NCBI RefSeq assembly: GCF_963853765.1
Contig: NC_088858.1
Span: 46,872,001 to 46,936,000, forward strand
DNA length: 64,000 nt
Direction of reading: 5' to 3'
Source of the DNA: Magallana gigas
Taxonomy: Eukaryota
Under the pieces are notes generated by a model. That model was not told the origin of the DNA. It did no database searches and saw only the letters and a list, made by a program, of their open reading frames with translations. The position numbers were made by a program, and so were the translations under genes. Positions within the stretch are counted from its first letter, which is position 1. Every line of letters starts with the position of its first letter. Positions 1 through 13,556 of the stretch are shown here, in pieces.

Positions 1-878
1 GACAATGAAAATCGTGAATACCGAGATATTCGATAAAAAGACCATGATTAGAGGGTAAAATAAATACTGTAATTTGTTATTAAGACTTTCGAAACGGGAA
101 GATGGAAGTTTTATCAGCAAAATGGAAAGGAACTGTTGAAATCTATAACATCGTGTTTACTGGTTAATCGTAATGAACGAGACCAGGTGAAGGGAGGCCA
201 AACTCATCCAACTTATTTGTTTTCTAGCAACGTATTTCAAATTGCAAAAGAATTTTGTTATCATGCACATTACTAGTATATCACGATTTGACAAAAACAA
301 CTATTTTCGAAGTAAGTAAAGTCGGGAGATACAGAGCAACATGTTTATCCGGATATCATTTAACTCGATGTATATGTATACACTGTATGAAAATTTTAAC
401 GATCGTGAAACAAATTCACACCACTAAAACTGATTAGATCCGGTATTTCAAAGCAATTTTTGTGGAATATTTTTGTGACTAATTGATATTTTGCAGGTAT
501 TTATAACGCGGAAGTCACGGAAAAAAGCCAAAAACTGTCACCTCTTTCTTTCTAGAAGTTAAACGGATGATATTTTTTTATACTTATATCGATCTCATAT
601 GAACAATCTGAGAGGGATTAAAAGTCAGATGTAAATAAAAAATCTATGGTATTTATGTGAAACAATTGTTGGGAACAATATACATAACAAATATCACCGT
701 GCCCGCATTAATTATTCCTATATGAATTCCATTGCATTGTTTATAATATATATTTACTGTACATGTCATTAAAGGTGGAGGTGAAATTGTCCTTAAAATT
801 GCAGATAATGAATGTGCCCCCGCCTCCCCCCTCCAAAAAAAAAGATTCTGTTGAAGAATTTCCGCTTTAACCTTGTAG

Positions 879-2387
879 ATTTCGTACGATATTTCCTCCA
901 TCATTGAGTGGATGGCTTCCAGTCACTATGGCAGCCTCGCTATGAACGACTTCCGCCGCCAACAGTTTGTACTGGTCAATGGCTCTCTTAAACTCTCTGA
1001 CGTTGACGATTTGGGCTTTGGAGATCCGGTCTGTGAAGTAGATAATGAGTGCACGTTACGTTTTGCGAGCTCCAACTTCACTCAAACGTAAGACATGATG
1101 GCCTGTTTTTTTTTAATTGTATATGCTTAAAACGATTACATCATAGAACGTACTTAACCAATATCTAATCAAAAGATAAAACATAGTAAGATTTACATAA
1201 TCTTATTCTATGTAAGAATACCGGTATGTTGTACCGTATTATTAGTATTATTATTTGAGTCTTTTAAATACTTTTATATTTTCATTTATAAATGATGATC
1301 ATTATTATTTATGGTATATCCATTATTTAAATATTTGCATTCTGTTGTTTATTTTTTTTTTATTCGTTTACGAATGTCTACTGAATTTAGGAAATCGTAA
1401 AATAAATAAAGATTCTGACATTTTAGATTACCCTGTAAAGAAGGGAAGTGTTCGAATTACAACGAGATGAAAAACTTATTTAACGGAGGTCGCCATTTTA
1501 CGACGTTTTTACTCCCCCATGGTGCCCCCGAATCGCTGCGCCCTCTAGTGGATAGAGTTGTGGATGGTTACAGTAATCTCACACTTAATTCTCGACAAAT
1601 ACTTCGTTTGATGAAGAAAATCAAAAGTCTGTATATATCAGGAAAGTACTTAAACAGGCCCATACAGCAGTTCTCTAAAGGTGTGTGACAAAATGATATT
1701 GTACAATTGAAATAATTGTATTGTACATCTTAAATATAAAAAAGAAACAATAAAAACCAACATATCTCCTCTGGATACCCATAAATCACTCATTCAGAAA
1801 AACAACAACAACAAACAAACAGACAAAAATCATCGGTAGCCAGTTTCTAACAGCCGTGTGTTCGATTGTTGTAGATTACCAGTTGTATCCTGCGAGTGAC
1901 CTCCCCGGGAAGTTTGACTACAGGTGTCGCTTGTCGCTGTCCGGATCGGGGTGTACTCGATCAGCCTATGACGTCATGGAGGCCTCCACTATCTGTGATG
2001 CTGACCCCGAGTGTCGTGGTTTTGTTGTATCCAAGCAGACAACGTGGTCAGGTAATGTCGGTTGTTGCATGGTTTTTAAAGATTATAATTAATATTGCAA
2101 AAATATGTCGAAAAGGTCAAATTTATACTCAGTACTATCACCATACGTTTCAAAATTCTAATTCATTTCATCTCCTTTTATAGATTTAAAGCCCTGTTGA
2201 TTTTGTTGTTTATTAATTTATTTTCGTCAAAAGTTAAACAATTGAATTGACCATTTGCGTTAGTAAATAGAAAAGTAAACTTAAAAGAAGATGTCTCTTT
2301 TCAGGTCGCATGCTGGTGCATTTCAAATCCGGTTATGGTCAGCCAGAAAAGAACATCGACACCTCGCTTTACGTTAGAACCACGTGA
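879..2387 (+). CDS. PKDCC: Extracellular tyrosine kinase PKDCC/VLK-like, last four coding exons (5' exons lie upstream of the window)
   Basis: Exons 879-1087, 1427-1680, 1875-2051, 2305-2387 (TGA), all AG/GT and phase-compatible. Translation ISYDISSIIEWMASSHYGSLAMNDFRRQQFVLVNGSLKLSDVDD...LLPHGAPESLRPLVD...ICDADPECRGFVVSKQTTWSGRMLVHFKSG matches recalled PKDCC motifs ([55 protein letters not shown]). Confidence 0.92.
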
Positions 2388-2681
2388 CAAATGCAGTCTT
2401 TACATATACACATGCAATGTTGTACTTCTGGATAGATATTCACTTTGTTCTAGATGATGTTGAGAAAACTTATGAAAGATAAAGACAATATCGGTGTTCG
2501 ATTAAAATGTATAATCTACGAACAAAAACAATTGATACGAGAATTATTGAGACCCTTCGCTAAATGAAGATGGTGCTGACGAAAGATGACGTCATATTAT
2601 TGATTGCCAAATACTGCATTTAATGTGAGGATAATGCCAGTATAAAATACTTCTGCATGCATATCATCTATTTTTCTTTCA

Positions 2682-3057
2682 CATAGGCGTCGGAACCGGG
2701 GGGGGGGGGGGGCTTACTTTTTTGCAAAGTTATACGTAACCATTAGGCACATAGCAGAATAGAGGGTTCAGCCCCCCCCCCCCTTTTTTCGCAGGAAATA
2801 TAATTGTTCCTCAATTTACCTTGAAAGATTGAGAATTTGGAGTGATAGCCCCCCCCCCCCCCCCCCCACCACCACCACGGATTAGGAATTTCATGATTTT
2901 GGAAAAGATATACTTGGTAGGTAAATTTTTTTTATTAGCCTTGTAGGTTTACTCGATTTTTATGATTTTGGGGCTAAGGTTTTTTTCTCAATATTTCTGA
3001 GGATTAGTCTAGCCCCCCCCCCCCCCCCCCACTTTCAATTTGCTTCCGACGCCAGTG
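2682..3057. mobile_element. Non-autonomous DNA element (MITE) with poly-G/C tracts
   Basis: Termini CATAGGCGTCGGAA...TTCCGACGCCAGTG are inverted repeats, flanked by the 5-bp direct repeat TTTCA (2677-2681, 3058-3062). Confidence 0.75.
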
Positions 3058-5141
3058 TTTCATTTTTAATTATTTAACTAAGGTGTATTTTTCAAGTTTG
3101 TTTTGTGTTAAAAACCATCTCTCTTCTCCCCCCCCCCCCTCTCTCATATTCACTATAGTTTTGGAGTGAAAGATCTCCTCACTGATATTGTATAAATGAC
3201 TCCTGTTTTGTAATGGTTTTTATTGTTAAAAGTTATGTGACATATTTTGGTGTGTGTGCAATAGACTTGATTTCAGAGGGTGCTATTTGTACGCAGGGTA
3301 ACGAGTGTCGTCCGAGATTCCGACAAGATTTACAAACCTATCCAGCATTCCATGTTGATCTGTTTATTAAATATGTTGTTTTATGTCATTTATTGTTAAA
3401 TTTTGTCATAATGTGTGCCATATCACTTTAATTTATGGTCCGTGTGTAGTGACTGTGTAGTGGACATCTAATGTCTGAATACCATCACATCTTGATGAAC
3501 TCCAAACACGTTGTAATATAACCACTTATCACACCACGTGGTTTCAACTTTGAAGTTTGGCAGATTTGTTGTCGGGGTTAGAGATGAAACTGGAATGGAT
3601 TCTGCAACCCGTTGATGGCAGAGGGTCTGCCGTCGTTGCGTTGGAAACTTCAAACCATCGATCCTCTTTTTCGGGGATTGATTTCAGTTCGTCAACACAA
3701 TACCAGTAAGCGAAAGTGTGGGGCCAGAGACAAGACTAAACACTTTGAAAGTGTGAACTTAGTACCGACTTTGTGTAAACTGATTTTGTATTTTCCATTT
3801 TTAAATTGTCAATCGTCAAACGATGAGTCATGTTGTTGTACATGTATGTAATAAAGACAATCAAAGCTTATAGAAGGAGTCATTCATAATTAATACCAGT
3901 CATAACCATCCGGACACAGCAATATCGGGGGAAACACATACTCGTAGTCGACTGCTGAAGCTGGAAACGAAATATGATGTCCAATTCCTGGGAGCGTGGT
4001 TTGTGGGTTTACCATCACTTTTAAACACGTTTTTAATTTTGGCATCTATTGTCTTTATCATAAAAGTACATAATGCAATATAGGTATATAAAGTAGGGTG
4101 AGTAGTTACGTATCAACAGCTCTCAATTATATTTAAGGAATCATTCTTTGAAGAAAAGAATTATATATTCAGTAGAAAACCCATTTTAAATCATATAAAA
4201 TGTTTTCTGTATACCTACATATACAAGTTTACATTTAATTCCATGATCGTTGAAAGAAAAGGTCAGGACCTTATATCGGTAATTAATGTCTTCTATGAGA
4301 CTGCAAGCTATCTAGATGCATTGAATTTTTTGTGACTAGTTTAATGGGTTTTCTTCATATACATTGTACCTGTACATGTATCATAAATATGACAGTTAAA
4401 AACTCCTTTTAAAATTTTGTTCAGATACACCTTTTTTACCAATTGAAGTTATACATCTCAGAATTATTTTAAGAGACGTGTAGGCTTCTCCCATTACTTA
4501 AAGATGACCTTAAACCTTGTCCGATATACCGTAAACAAGGCATTAAGATCCTTGAATGAAGGGTTATCAAACCTTGCCATGGGATAAGACAATGGATGCT
4601 GGGACAATGATCTGATTAAATTCAGATCCTGGAAACTCAAGTTTATATGATGAACGAAAACAAACAGGAGCATCTAGGATCTTATTTTAATCAGATTGGC
4701 TGAGACTAGTAACCATTATTATTTAGAAAACAGTGAGTCATTCTGCACTGGTGAAATAATTCTGGAAGATGTCATGTGAACACTTTTTCTTTCTTTAGTT
4801 TTTTTTTTATTATTCAGACATTCAACTTAACAATGTCTGGGTTAAAAACTGGAGCTGTGCTGCCAATAAATACAATGTTATCCTTTGGAAGGAGAGATCA
4901 GAAATTGCATACAGGTACATGTACATCAATCAAATAACATTACTTCTGGCTGCACTGAAACTAGTCTAAAACTCCTCTGTCTCTCTAGTAGAAATCACTG
5001 GGTCAATAAAAGCTTGTGTCCTCATCATCTAAAAGGTACTTTGACTACTGTTAGTCACTTTGCAAACTTAACAGTTCCTCAGTCATCAATGACTCCCATG
5101 TGGATATTACCAGTACTCCCTATACTGGGAATCAGTGGGGT

Positions 5142-8100
5142 TTAGCTGTCATCTTTGACCCACCCAGGGGTGGGTAGTTGTTGGTTGACTTCTGCCTTCC
5201 TATACCTTTGTTGTGCCTGCAACCACCGTTTATTTTTCTTTGCTGTTCCAACGTCATCTAAAGAAGTGGAGCAGGCCTCTACTGAACCTAAGCCTGCTTT
5301 CTGATTCGCTCTAAAGTTCACGGTGACCTAAAACAAGCAAGCATCATGTTTATCGATGATAATAAAATTCAGTCACCTATATATGACAGATAATCATTAG
5401 TTGATCTGGATTACATCTACAGACAATGAATGAAGTTTTCTGAGGGAAAGAAGGAACAAAATGCAACTAATGAGGAACACTGAAATTTCAAAACTTCATT
5501 ATAGAGTAGAATGTCCAAAACTTTGTATTTTTTAATCTTTCAAAAACATGATTAAACAGTTTTTACACAGTTTTAATATTCATTCCCTCCAGTGTCTACT
5601 TACAGGGTCCTGGATGCCTGAGTTATCTTTTCCCAAACTCTCTCCCTCGCTCCAACCCATTTTCTTCAACATTTTGTGTCCAACATTGCCTTGCGTAATT
5701 GGTCTGCAAAATAATGTACCTTATATAAACAAAAAGTATCAAGATAAAGAAAACTGAAATATATCTATTAAAGAAGTAAAATAATAATTGGTCACATCGT
5801 CGGAAACCCACAGTTGATTATGCGTTGTTTCTCTCTCCATCACCCGTGGGTACCTTTAAACTTCGACGCTCGTTTTAATGAACAAATATTTATAAATATC
5901 ATCCCAGCAAATTAGTCATTTTTTTTAAGGGTTGCATTACGGTAGCCTTGCTATCAATACCTCATAAATTGTTCTGCGATCGCCAATTGAATACTGTAAC
6001 GAACGAGCGTTTAAAGAGACTTGTTGAATTGGACCAATCAACTTGCGTGCTTCAATATGAGCATCAAAGTTTAAAGGGACCCACACAAGTGAACAATGCA
6101 TAATCAACTGTGGGTTTCCGACAATGAATTGGTAATAAAATAAACCCAAAATATGCATTAACTCATCATCACTTTTGTCACGACAACCTTTAAACATGAA
6201 TAGATAATATTGTGTTGTCATTTAAGACTAAATAACAAACAGCCAGTAAATATTCTTAATCAGTATTGGATTCATCTTTTGTCGAAAGATCATTATTTCA
6301 AATGCATTTGCATTCCTACTCATTTCATGACCTCACCATCTTCCAAAAACCTTCAAATGTCATGGTTTTCATTACATGTACCGGTACTTAAATTTCTGCT
6401 ATGCTTCATACTTAAATTTCTGCTATGTTTTACCTGTCGTAATTTTCAATGTGCTGCTTTATTTTTACCTGTCGGAAGTTTCAGTGTCCTGCATATTCTT
6501 ACCTATTGTACTTTTCAGTGTGCTGCTGTCTGTTTACCTATTGTACCTTTCTGTACACAGTTGTACCTTTCTGTACACAGTTGTATTTTTGACTGTTGTA
6601 CATTTCAGTGCTTGTACCTGTTAGTGTGTTTTTGGATTTCAACTGTCATACTTTTGAGTGATCTGCTGTTTCCTTACCTGTGTACAGAAGCAGGGGCTTC
6701 ATCCACCTGGTGAGGATTGTCACTCCCTTTGGTTTTCCTGCGTTCGTCAGCCCTGTCTTGATAGTTTGGATTTTTTACTGCACTGTTTTCTTCATAAGCA
6801 GCATTCTTAATTAGAGAAGGTTAATCTTAACACATATACACATGTTTAGTAAATTTTGCAGTTTTAACCTTACAATAACACTTAGATTATTTAAGGAATG
6901 AATTTGGGGCAGTTTACACTTTATAAACCGCGAAGCGGTTTATAAAAAAGCGGAAACTGTTTCAAACCATTTTATATCATATAAAACTAATAAATATTGA
7001 ATTCATTGCTTATAATTTAATTTTTTTTACTCTTCATTGTAGATAAAAACAGTCATTTGACCTTTAAAATGACGTGAAATTGTACAAAATTCAAAAGTAA
7101 CGTCAGGCGTATTGATTCGTTTTTGACGTTAGTCTTACTATGACGTAGGCAACATTCTTTATACGATATAAAATAATTTTTTAGCCAATCAGAAAGCGTG
7201 TTACAACCAGAATTAAATTATTACAAGGTCAGATATTTCAAGAAAGTCTCTCTCTCTCTCTCTCTCTCTTGATGCATCTTTTCTGCTAAATGTCTGCTTC
7301 AATTTTGTTCTACATGTAAATGATAATAACAAAGTAACAGCAATTAGTAGCTCTTAAAATCCCTGTAAATTATATACTTTATAGGTTATTGTAATGCCAA
7401 CTTGATGATTACCTTTAATCCATATTTCTTTTTAATCTGATTTAGTTCCTGTCTTGCTTGCTTTTTCTTATCTTCTTTGGACAAAATAGGAATACCTAAA
7501 TGTAACAATTACAGGTTTATCAGATATTAATGGCCTAGCCAACATTGAAATTCTTTATAAACAAGTTTATACCAGTATCCTGTACCTGGTGTGATTGCAG
7601 ACATGCAGTTTTTATTTTACTCAATTATGTTAACTAAAGACCTACAGTAGGATTTTAAATCTGAAATTTGACTTCACTTTTGCATTCAGACTGTAATTTT
7701 TAGTGAAGACATTTGTATCATGGATTCTGGGACAACACATTAAATCCCAGGCTTATGTTGACCTTCATTTGATGGGTCTAGTCCTGTCAACCCAGTGATA
7801 ACTCACTCTTTGCTTGCTGGGCCTGGAAAGCAGCCTGGATGATGCCCGGTTCACACTGCTCACATGTGTCGTTGCCTGGGTGGATGTGTAAAAGTAGGCG
7901 TGTACACCCCACCTGTACCATGTCCCCATGCTTTACTGGCACTGCAGCACTGCTACACTTGGACTGTAATCATCAAGACAAATGTTATCAGGATATTAGC
8001 ACAGAATATAATGTTACCCTTTTAATTAGATAATAAAGTGATCAAAGTACACAAAATACCACAACACCGGCTTTAAAAACAGAAATTTTCTAAGATTAAT

Positions 8101-11100
8101 TATGTTGGTTGAATCTTTATATCTCCCATCAAATTGTGTAGTTATGAGGTTTTAGAATCAATATTAATATTCACACTATGGCCAATTCCACCAAGTTTAT
8201 AAAGAAGTTCAAATGTGATTACAGTTGAACTTCGATATCTCGAACACTGATATCTCGAATACAATGGATATGTTGAAGTTAATTGTAAGTCCCAACCACT
8301 TATTTTTTTAAGTATTTTACCCTTGATATCTCGAATACTCTGATATCTTGAAGTTTTTAAACAGTTCCATCCAGTTCAAGATAACGAAGTTTGACTGTAT
8401 TTTTAATACATCTATAAATCTTCAAATACATGTATTAATAACACTTTTAGTGACCTTTATCCCATACCTCAGATATTCTATGTTCATTGAGGAATGTCCC
8501 ATTCTGGCTTCCAAAATCCATCAGATTGTACTGGCAGCTGTCAGTATTGTACTGAAACTGAGCATGGACCTGTAAAAATACAGCAAGTATGGCATATACA
8601 TAAAAATTTCAAACCTAAATAAAATCAAAAACATGCTTGATCAATGAACAAAATAATTCCACCTCCTCCCCCCCCCCCCACCTCCACATTTCAGCCTCTT
8701 AAGTCCTTTACTTTTTGTTCAATGTTGCACCAATGAATTTTTCAAGTGTTAATGGAAAATGTCAATTTTGCAAGATCAATTGGAATGATTTTCTATGAAA
8801 ATTCTTCATGAAACCTTGAATAAACTAGATTTTATACAGGCACATGTATACCATCAGAGTGTAAATGAGTACAGCCTGACCTTGCTTATGTTTATATCTG
8901 GTATGATGATGAGGTTCCCTTGGTTCTTCTCCCTTCCTATTGTCCCTCCGTCAACTGTGATGATGAAAAGTGATCCATAATCCAGATGGTCAGAGTCCAT
9001 CACAATGATACGGATACAAGGTGGAAGGTAATGTGGATCTTAATGTAAAAAATTCAAATTGTTATAAGGTTATGTGGATCTACATTTAAATGTAAAGAAT
9101 TCAAATTGTTAAAAGGTTTTGTCAATGTACATGTAAGAATTCATATTGTTGGAATTAAATTTTTTAGCATGGATCTGATTATTTTGAGTTTATGCAAATC
9201 ATCACAAAGTCGCTGCTGATCAAGAAGCTCCATAAAATCAATATCATATACAGGTATTTACTATTTTGATTCTACAAAAATAATTATACATGTATTAACA
9301 AATATAATCTTCAAAATAAAGGAAGTCCCTTAAACACCTTGATCTTCCACTGGCTCCTCCCCTTGAACAATTAGCTCATCCTCCTCTGAACTTTCTTCAC
9401 TCTCGTCTGAGCTGTCTGTCAGCTCGCCAGACTCGAGCTCAGACTCATCTGTACAGAGAGATCTACTGTCTTCCGAGTCCCGAAACTCCGATGTTTTATC
9501 ACTGGTCTGTACAAGATTCAAAGAGAGGCTCTCCACGTTGTCAATGTTGGCGCTCTTCATTGTAAGTTCAGAAGATTTGAGGTATGAATCAACATGAGAA
9601 GAGCTTTTCACAGTGGAATCATTATCATCCATTGATTCATTGAGATCACAAGACATTGACTGTGAGTCCTTTTGATCCAAGATTTCATGACCTTGAATAT
9701 CTTTTCCTAAATCAGAATTACCAACAAGTGTACATCTTGCATCACTATTTTCATGTTTGACTTTGGCCACAAAATCATAATCCACAGCATTTTGAGTGTC
9801 ATCACTAAGATTCCCTCGATAGGTGGTTTCATCCTGTACGTGACAGGTCACAAGATTTTTGTCTCCTGTTTTATCACAGTTTCCACAGACAGGAATCGGT
9901 ACAGAACCTTCAAGGTCCCCTGTCTGATCCTGGGGGTCCTCTTTTTTGACATTTTCACTAGCCGTACTGAGGAAGTCCTGTATAGTAGTATTTTGGAGAC
10001 TATATGTGGAGGTAATGGTTGTTCCACTGGAGTCGGACACAATGACACTGGAGTGAACGCTCATCTCTTCCATCACCACAGAAGAATCCGAGGACGAACA
10101 CAACTCATCACAGCCATACATACTGTACCCTGTCTCAATCATCTCGGGTTCTTGCCCACTGTTCACAGAAGAACAAACCTGATCAAATTTATCAACTCTC
10201 TCTGAACAAGTCCTTCCATTGTCTGAAACCTCACAAGTTCTTAAATCACCCTGCCTCAATTTTTCCTCAAATGCCTTCTTTAATAGTCTTATTTTCTCTC
10301 TTCTCTGTTTCCTGTTTAAACCTTGCAATTCAGATTCATCTATCTGGAATTGACTGTTCAATTTGGCATTTTCATCAAACTCCATTTGAGATACATTCAT
10401 GTCCAAATCCTCTGATGCTGCTACACTTTTCAATTGCTCATCCACCTCAGTGGCTATTTCTCCATCTTCCTCCATATTTAGTTCTCCCTTTTCTGTACAG
10501 TTTTCCTGGTTTTTTGAATTGTTACAATTCAAATTTTGCAAAGAGTCAGACTTTTCCTTACTATCATCAACCTTTAAGACTTTAGTGGTTTTATCCTACA
10601 ATGGAGAAGAAACAAAAATAATGTTGTCTTATAATTACCTGTCACATGAATATTCTTTAAAGCTGCTGTTACAGTGTCTATCCTACTCTCAGCATTAAAG
10701 TCAGCCATATCTTGTAATTGGGCCTGTGTCAAAATAAAGGTGCTTTACCAATAGATCTTTAACAGAACAATCTAATTTTAAAGGGAACATCATATCATGT
10801 TTGAATTGAAATGCACTATGTAAAAAGATGTGTCCATGAGAATTTAGGATAAAAAAGCTGATTTTTTTTTCTTCAAAAAATGTAACAAAATTAAACATTT
10901 AGTATATTTTCTCTATGGTATTTATACTTCTGGGGAATATCTACAATGCACTTCTAGTATTTTACTGCATAATTTTTTCTTATCAAAATTTATAAGTCAA
11001 TCAACATTCTACCTTACATTAACATTTTAGAAGTATCAAAGCTGAAATCTAGAGTCAATAAATGTAATATAATGCTAAACAAGAAATCAAAAACAAGGAT

Positions 11101-12680
11101 CAAGTCTGGACCCTAACCTTTTTAGTCTTATTTTTGCGTTTTTTACTGCTCTTGCTGGGTGTGGTATTCGAGTTTGCAGTGGGTGCAACAGCTAGGTCTC
11201 GGTAATCCTTGAACGAGTTTTGCTCGCACTGTCTGTTAGCCTCAAAGTGGCACGGATATGCTGTCTCTCCCTGAGATTGTTGCAAGTAAGAAGGATCAAC
11301 TTGGGAGTGGAAGATGTAAGTCCTGGAGTAAGAGTCATACGTGTAATAGGTACCTGTATGGGAATCATAATGAAGGGCAGTCTCCTACAGAGTGAAAATG
11401 AAAAAAAATAAATAAACTTATACACACATAATCTTATACATACATCACAGGGCTTCATTCTCAACAATAAACTTTTGACAGACTTACAGAATCATAATAA
11501 TAGCCACTATTTTTGTCGTAATAGAACCCAGATGCCTCGTCGTAAACGTATCCGGTCTCCTGTACAGCTTCCTCCGCGGCCTGCTTGATCTCCTCAACGA
11601 TGCTCAGGTTCTTCTCCGAGACACTATTGTCATTTTCATTCTAAAAGTCATTACAAGTTAAGTCATTTGAGTAGATAGTGTATTTTGGCCTCGTATGAAA
11701 AAAACTTATTGCATAATTTGTTAAAAATGTTTAACCTCATCATCAATTTTTATTGGATTTGTTCTTTCTCCCTTCCAGATTGATTTGTTTTCCATTGGTA
11801 ATGCAGCATCTACAAAATGATGTTCAAGGTTGAGGTTTACTTCTCTGATATAATAATTATTATCAAAGCTTATCAATATTACCTTCAATATTATACTAAT
11901 TAAAGGGGCATGGTCACGATTTCCATCAAATACAGAGGGTTCCACTTAATCTGATAGCGGTTAATAATATAAAAACACCGAACCATTTCTTATATATCCC
12001 TTTATATTTTTTTTCCTGATAATCTGATAGGAAAAAACGTAATTTCCGCTTGTATATTATTTTTTTAATATTTATAATGCTTTAGTGATGCATTTCTAAT
12101 GGTCAACCAAAATTTGAGAGTCAGAAATAGAGTTATAAGCAAAACACAGAGTTAAGCAGTATTCTTTTTTATGTAAACAACGTTCATGCCATGTTTTTGT
12201 ATTTGGTTCAATCAACCAGTAAACGTTCTTTTTCTAGCTCGTTTTTCTTTCTGCCAATTAATTTCACATATAAATAAACAATTCCTAGCGTTTGTCACAT
12301 TCATTTAAGGAATTTTCTTTTCAACGTTAAAATGTCATCATTTTGGTCTTGTTGTCTTACATGACATCGTTTTCAAATTATAAATGTGTACCTTCAGTTT
12401 GTATCCCAACATCAGCCTTCTTTCTGGATTTCTTTCTATAGTTGTGAAGCTCTGAGCTGAGCCAGTCGATCTGTTTCCTCAAATCTTCGTTATAATTATT
12501 AGCTTTTGATAACTGTCGCTGAGACCTCTCCAATTTCTTTTGACATTCGATGTACTCATTTTCAATTTTCTTGCATTGTTGACATCCGTCTGCTTGCAAT
12601 TTATGCAAACTGATCTGTGATTCTTCAGAACTTGCATCTTTTTGAGCATCATACATTGACTTATCCACATTTTTATTCAT
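5142..12680 (-). CDS. AGGF1: Angiogenic factor with G-patch and FHA domains 1 (coiled coil - OCRE - FHA - G-patch), complete, 12 coding exons
   Basis: Exons 12680-12392, 11809-11736, 11640-11488, 11384-11118, 10595-9338, 9038-8881, 8569-8468, 7963-7807, 7495-7413, 6805-6678, 5703-5604, 5327-5142 (TAA), phases consistent. OCRE: AAEEAVQETGYVYDEASGFYYDKNSGYYYDS. FHA: PPCIRIIV...GTIGREK...SKVHAQ...DFGSQNGTFLN...HIHPGNDTCEQCEPG. G-patch: GHKMLKKMGWSEGESLGKDNSGI. C-terminal GWVK as in AGGF1. Confidence 0.94.
6385..6690 (-). repeat. Degenerate ~35-bp tandem repeat made of copies of the adjacent AGGF1 splice donor
   Basis: Plus-strand units such as GTGCTGCTGTCTGTTTACCTATTGTAC resemble the real junction ATCTGCTGTTTCCTTACCTGTGTAC at 6661-6685. 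Confidence 0.5.
6905..7225. mobile_element. Probable non-autonomous DNA element with a terminal hairpin
   Basis: Hairpin TTTATAAACCGC-GAA-GCGGTTTATAAA at 6920-6946 and AGCCAATCAG near the other end; a layout common in mollusc repeats, family not determinable here. Confidence 0.4.
8220..8399. mobile_element. Tc1/mariner-type MITE (TA-flanked)
   Basis: TACAGTTGAACTTCGATATCTCGAA...TTCAAGATAACGAAGTTTGACTGTA terminal inverted repeats. Confidence 0.7.
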
Positions 12681-13556
12681 TTTTTGCGCGAGTTTCAGAT
12701 TATCGTTGATCAGCAATCTCCATTTTCATTTTCCCATCCATATTTGAATTCCGAACCCGATCGATATTTGCGTGAAATAATAAATGTCTCTATAAATTAT
12801 TTTTAAAAAATAATAATAATACGAAAGCTAGTGCAAGTATGAAAAACATAAACTTTTAAAAGTCTTCATGTTTTTCAATAAATTTAAGAAAGGGCAATTT
12901 GGTTTTAGGATTGTCACTGATCATGCTGATGTATAAATATTATCCTTCACATGCATAGCACAATAAAAAATATGCCAACAGGCAATTCAGTTGGTGCAAG
13001 TACATGCATTCTTGATTTACTCATTTATTTTTCCACAAAGACAACAAAAAACTCATTTCCGTTTGTCATTTTAATAAATCCATGATAAACTGATAACATT
13101 TAACAAATCTTGCATGTGACATACAGTTATGATTTAAACCGTGGATTCAATTTATTCACAGTTGTTTTTCAAAGATTATACACATGTATTATATTTTGAA
13201 ACAGCTTGACTGCAACAATAAACTCAAATACCGGTGTCAAGTTTTTGTTATTGTTTTTCTAGTAAGCAGAATACATGAAGAAGAAAATACAACCAACATG
13301 AGAATTCAATTGCCCAAAATGAGATCAAGAATACAAAGAAAATGGCATTTTGCATACATTTCTCAACTATTTGACAAGGCTGTACAGTAATGAAAATTTT
13401 GCCAATTTCTACCTTAACTCACATTCTATGTTGAGAAACAAACATAAATCATCAAAGCTTATTAATGTCCGACTCTGCAATGGAAGTGGTCTATCCAAAA
13501 CAAATCTTTCTTTTTATTATCAAAGTGTGATACATGTGTACCGGGGTATATATTAT

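Noticed and set aside
879-1087. Possibility that the PKDCC-like kinase is also a pseudoenzyme
   Set aside because: The catalytic loop (NDFRRQQF) and Mg-binding (SDVDD) equivalents are retained.
3200-4015. Relatively GC-rich segment with short ORFs
   Set aside because: No recognisable protein motif, termini or TSD; possibly a decayed retroelement but not supportable.
4505-4612. Minus-strand stretch reading SLSQHPLSYPMARFDNPSFKDLNALFTVYRTRFK between AG and GT
   Set aside because: Lies beyond the AGGF1 stop, joins no exon chain and sits in repeat-like sequence; probably UTR or a TE fragment.
6210-6713. 167-aa Cys/Phe-rich plus-strand ORF
   Set aside because: By-product of the T/G-rich intronic tandem repeat.
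9753-10698. Plus-strand ORFs of 99-150 aa
   Set aside because: Antisense shadows of the large AGGF1 exon; no independent motifs.
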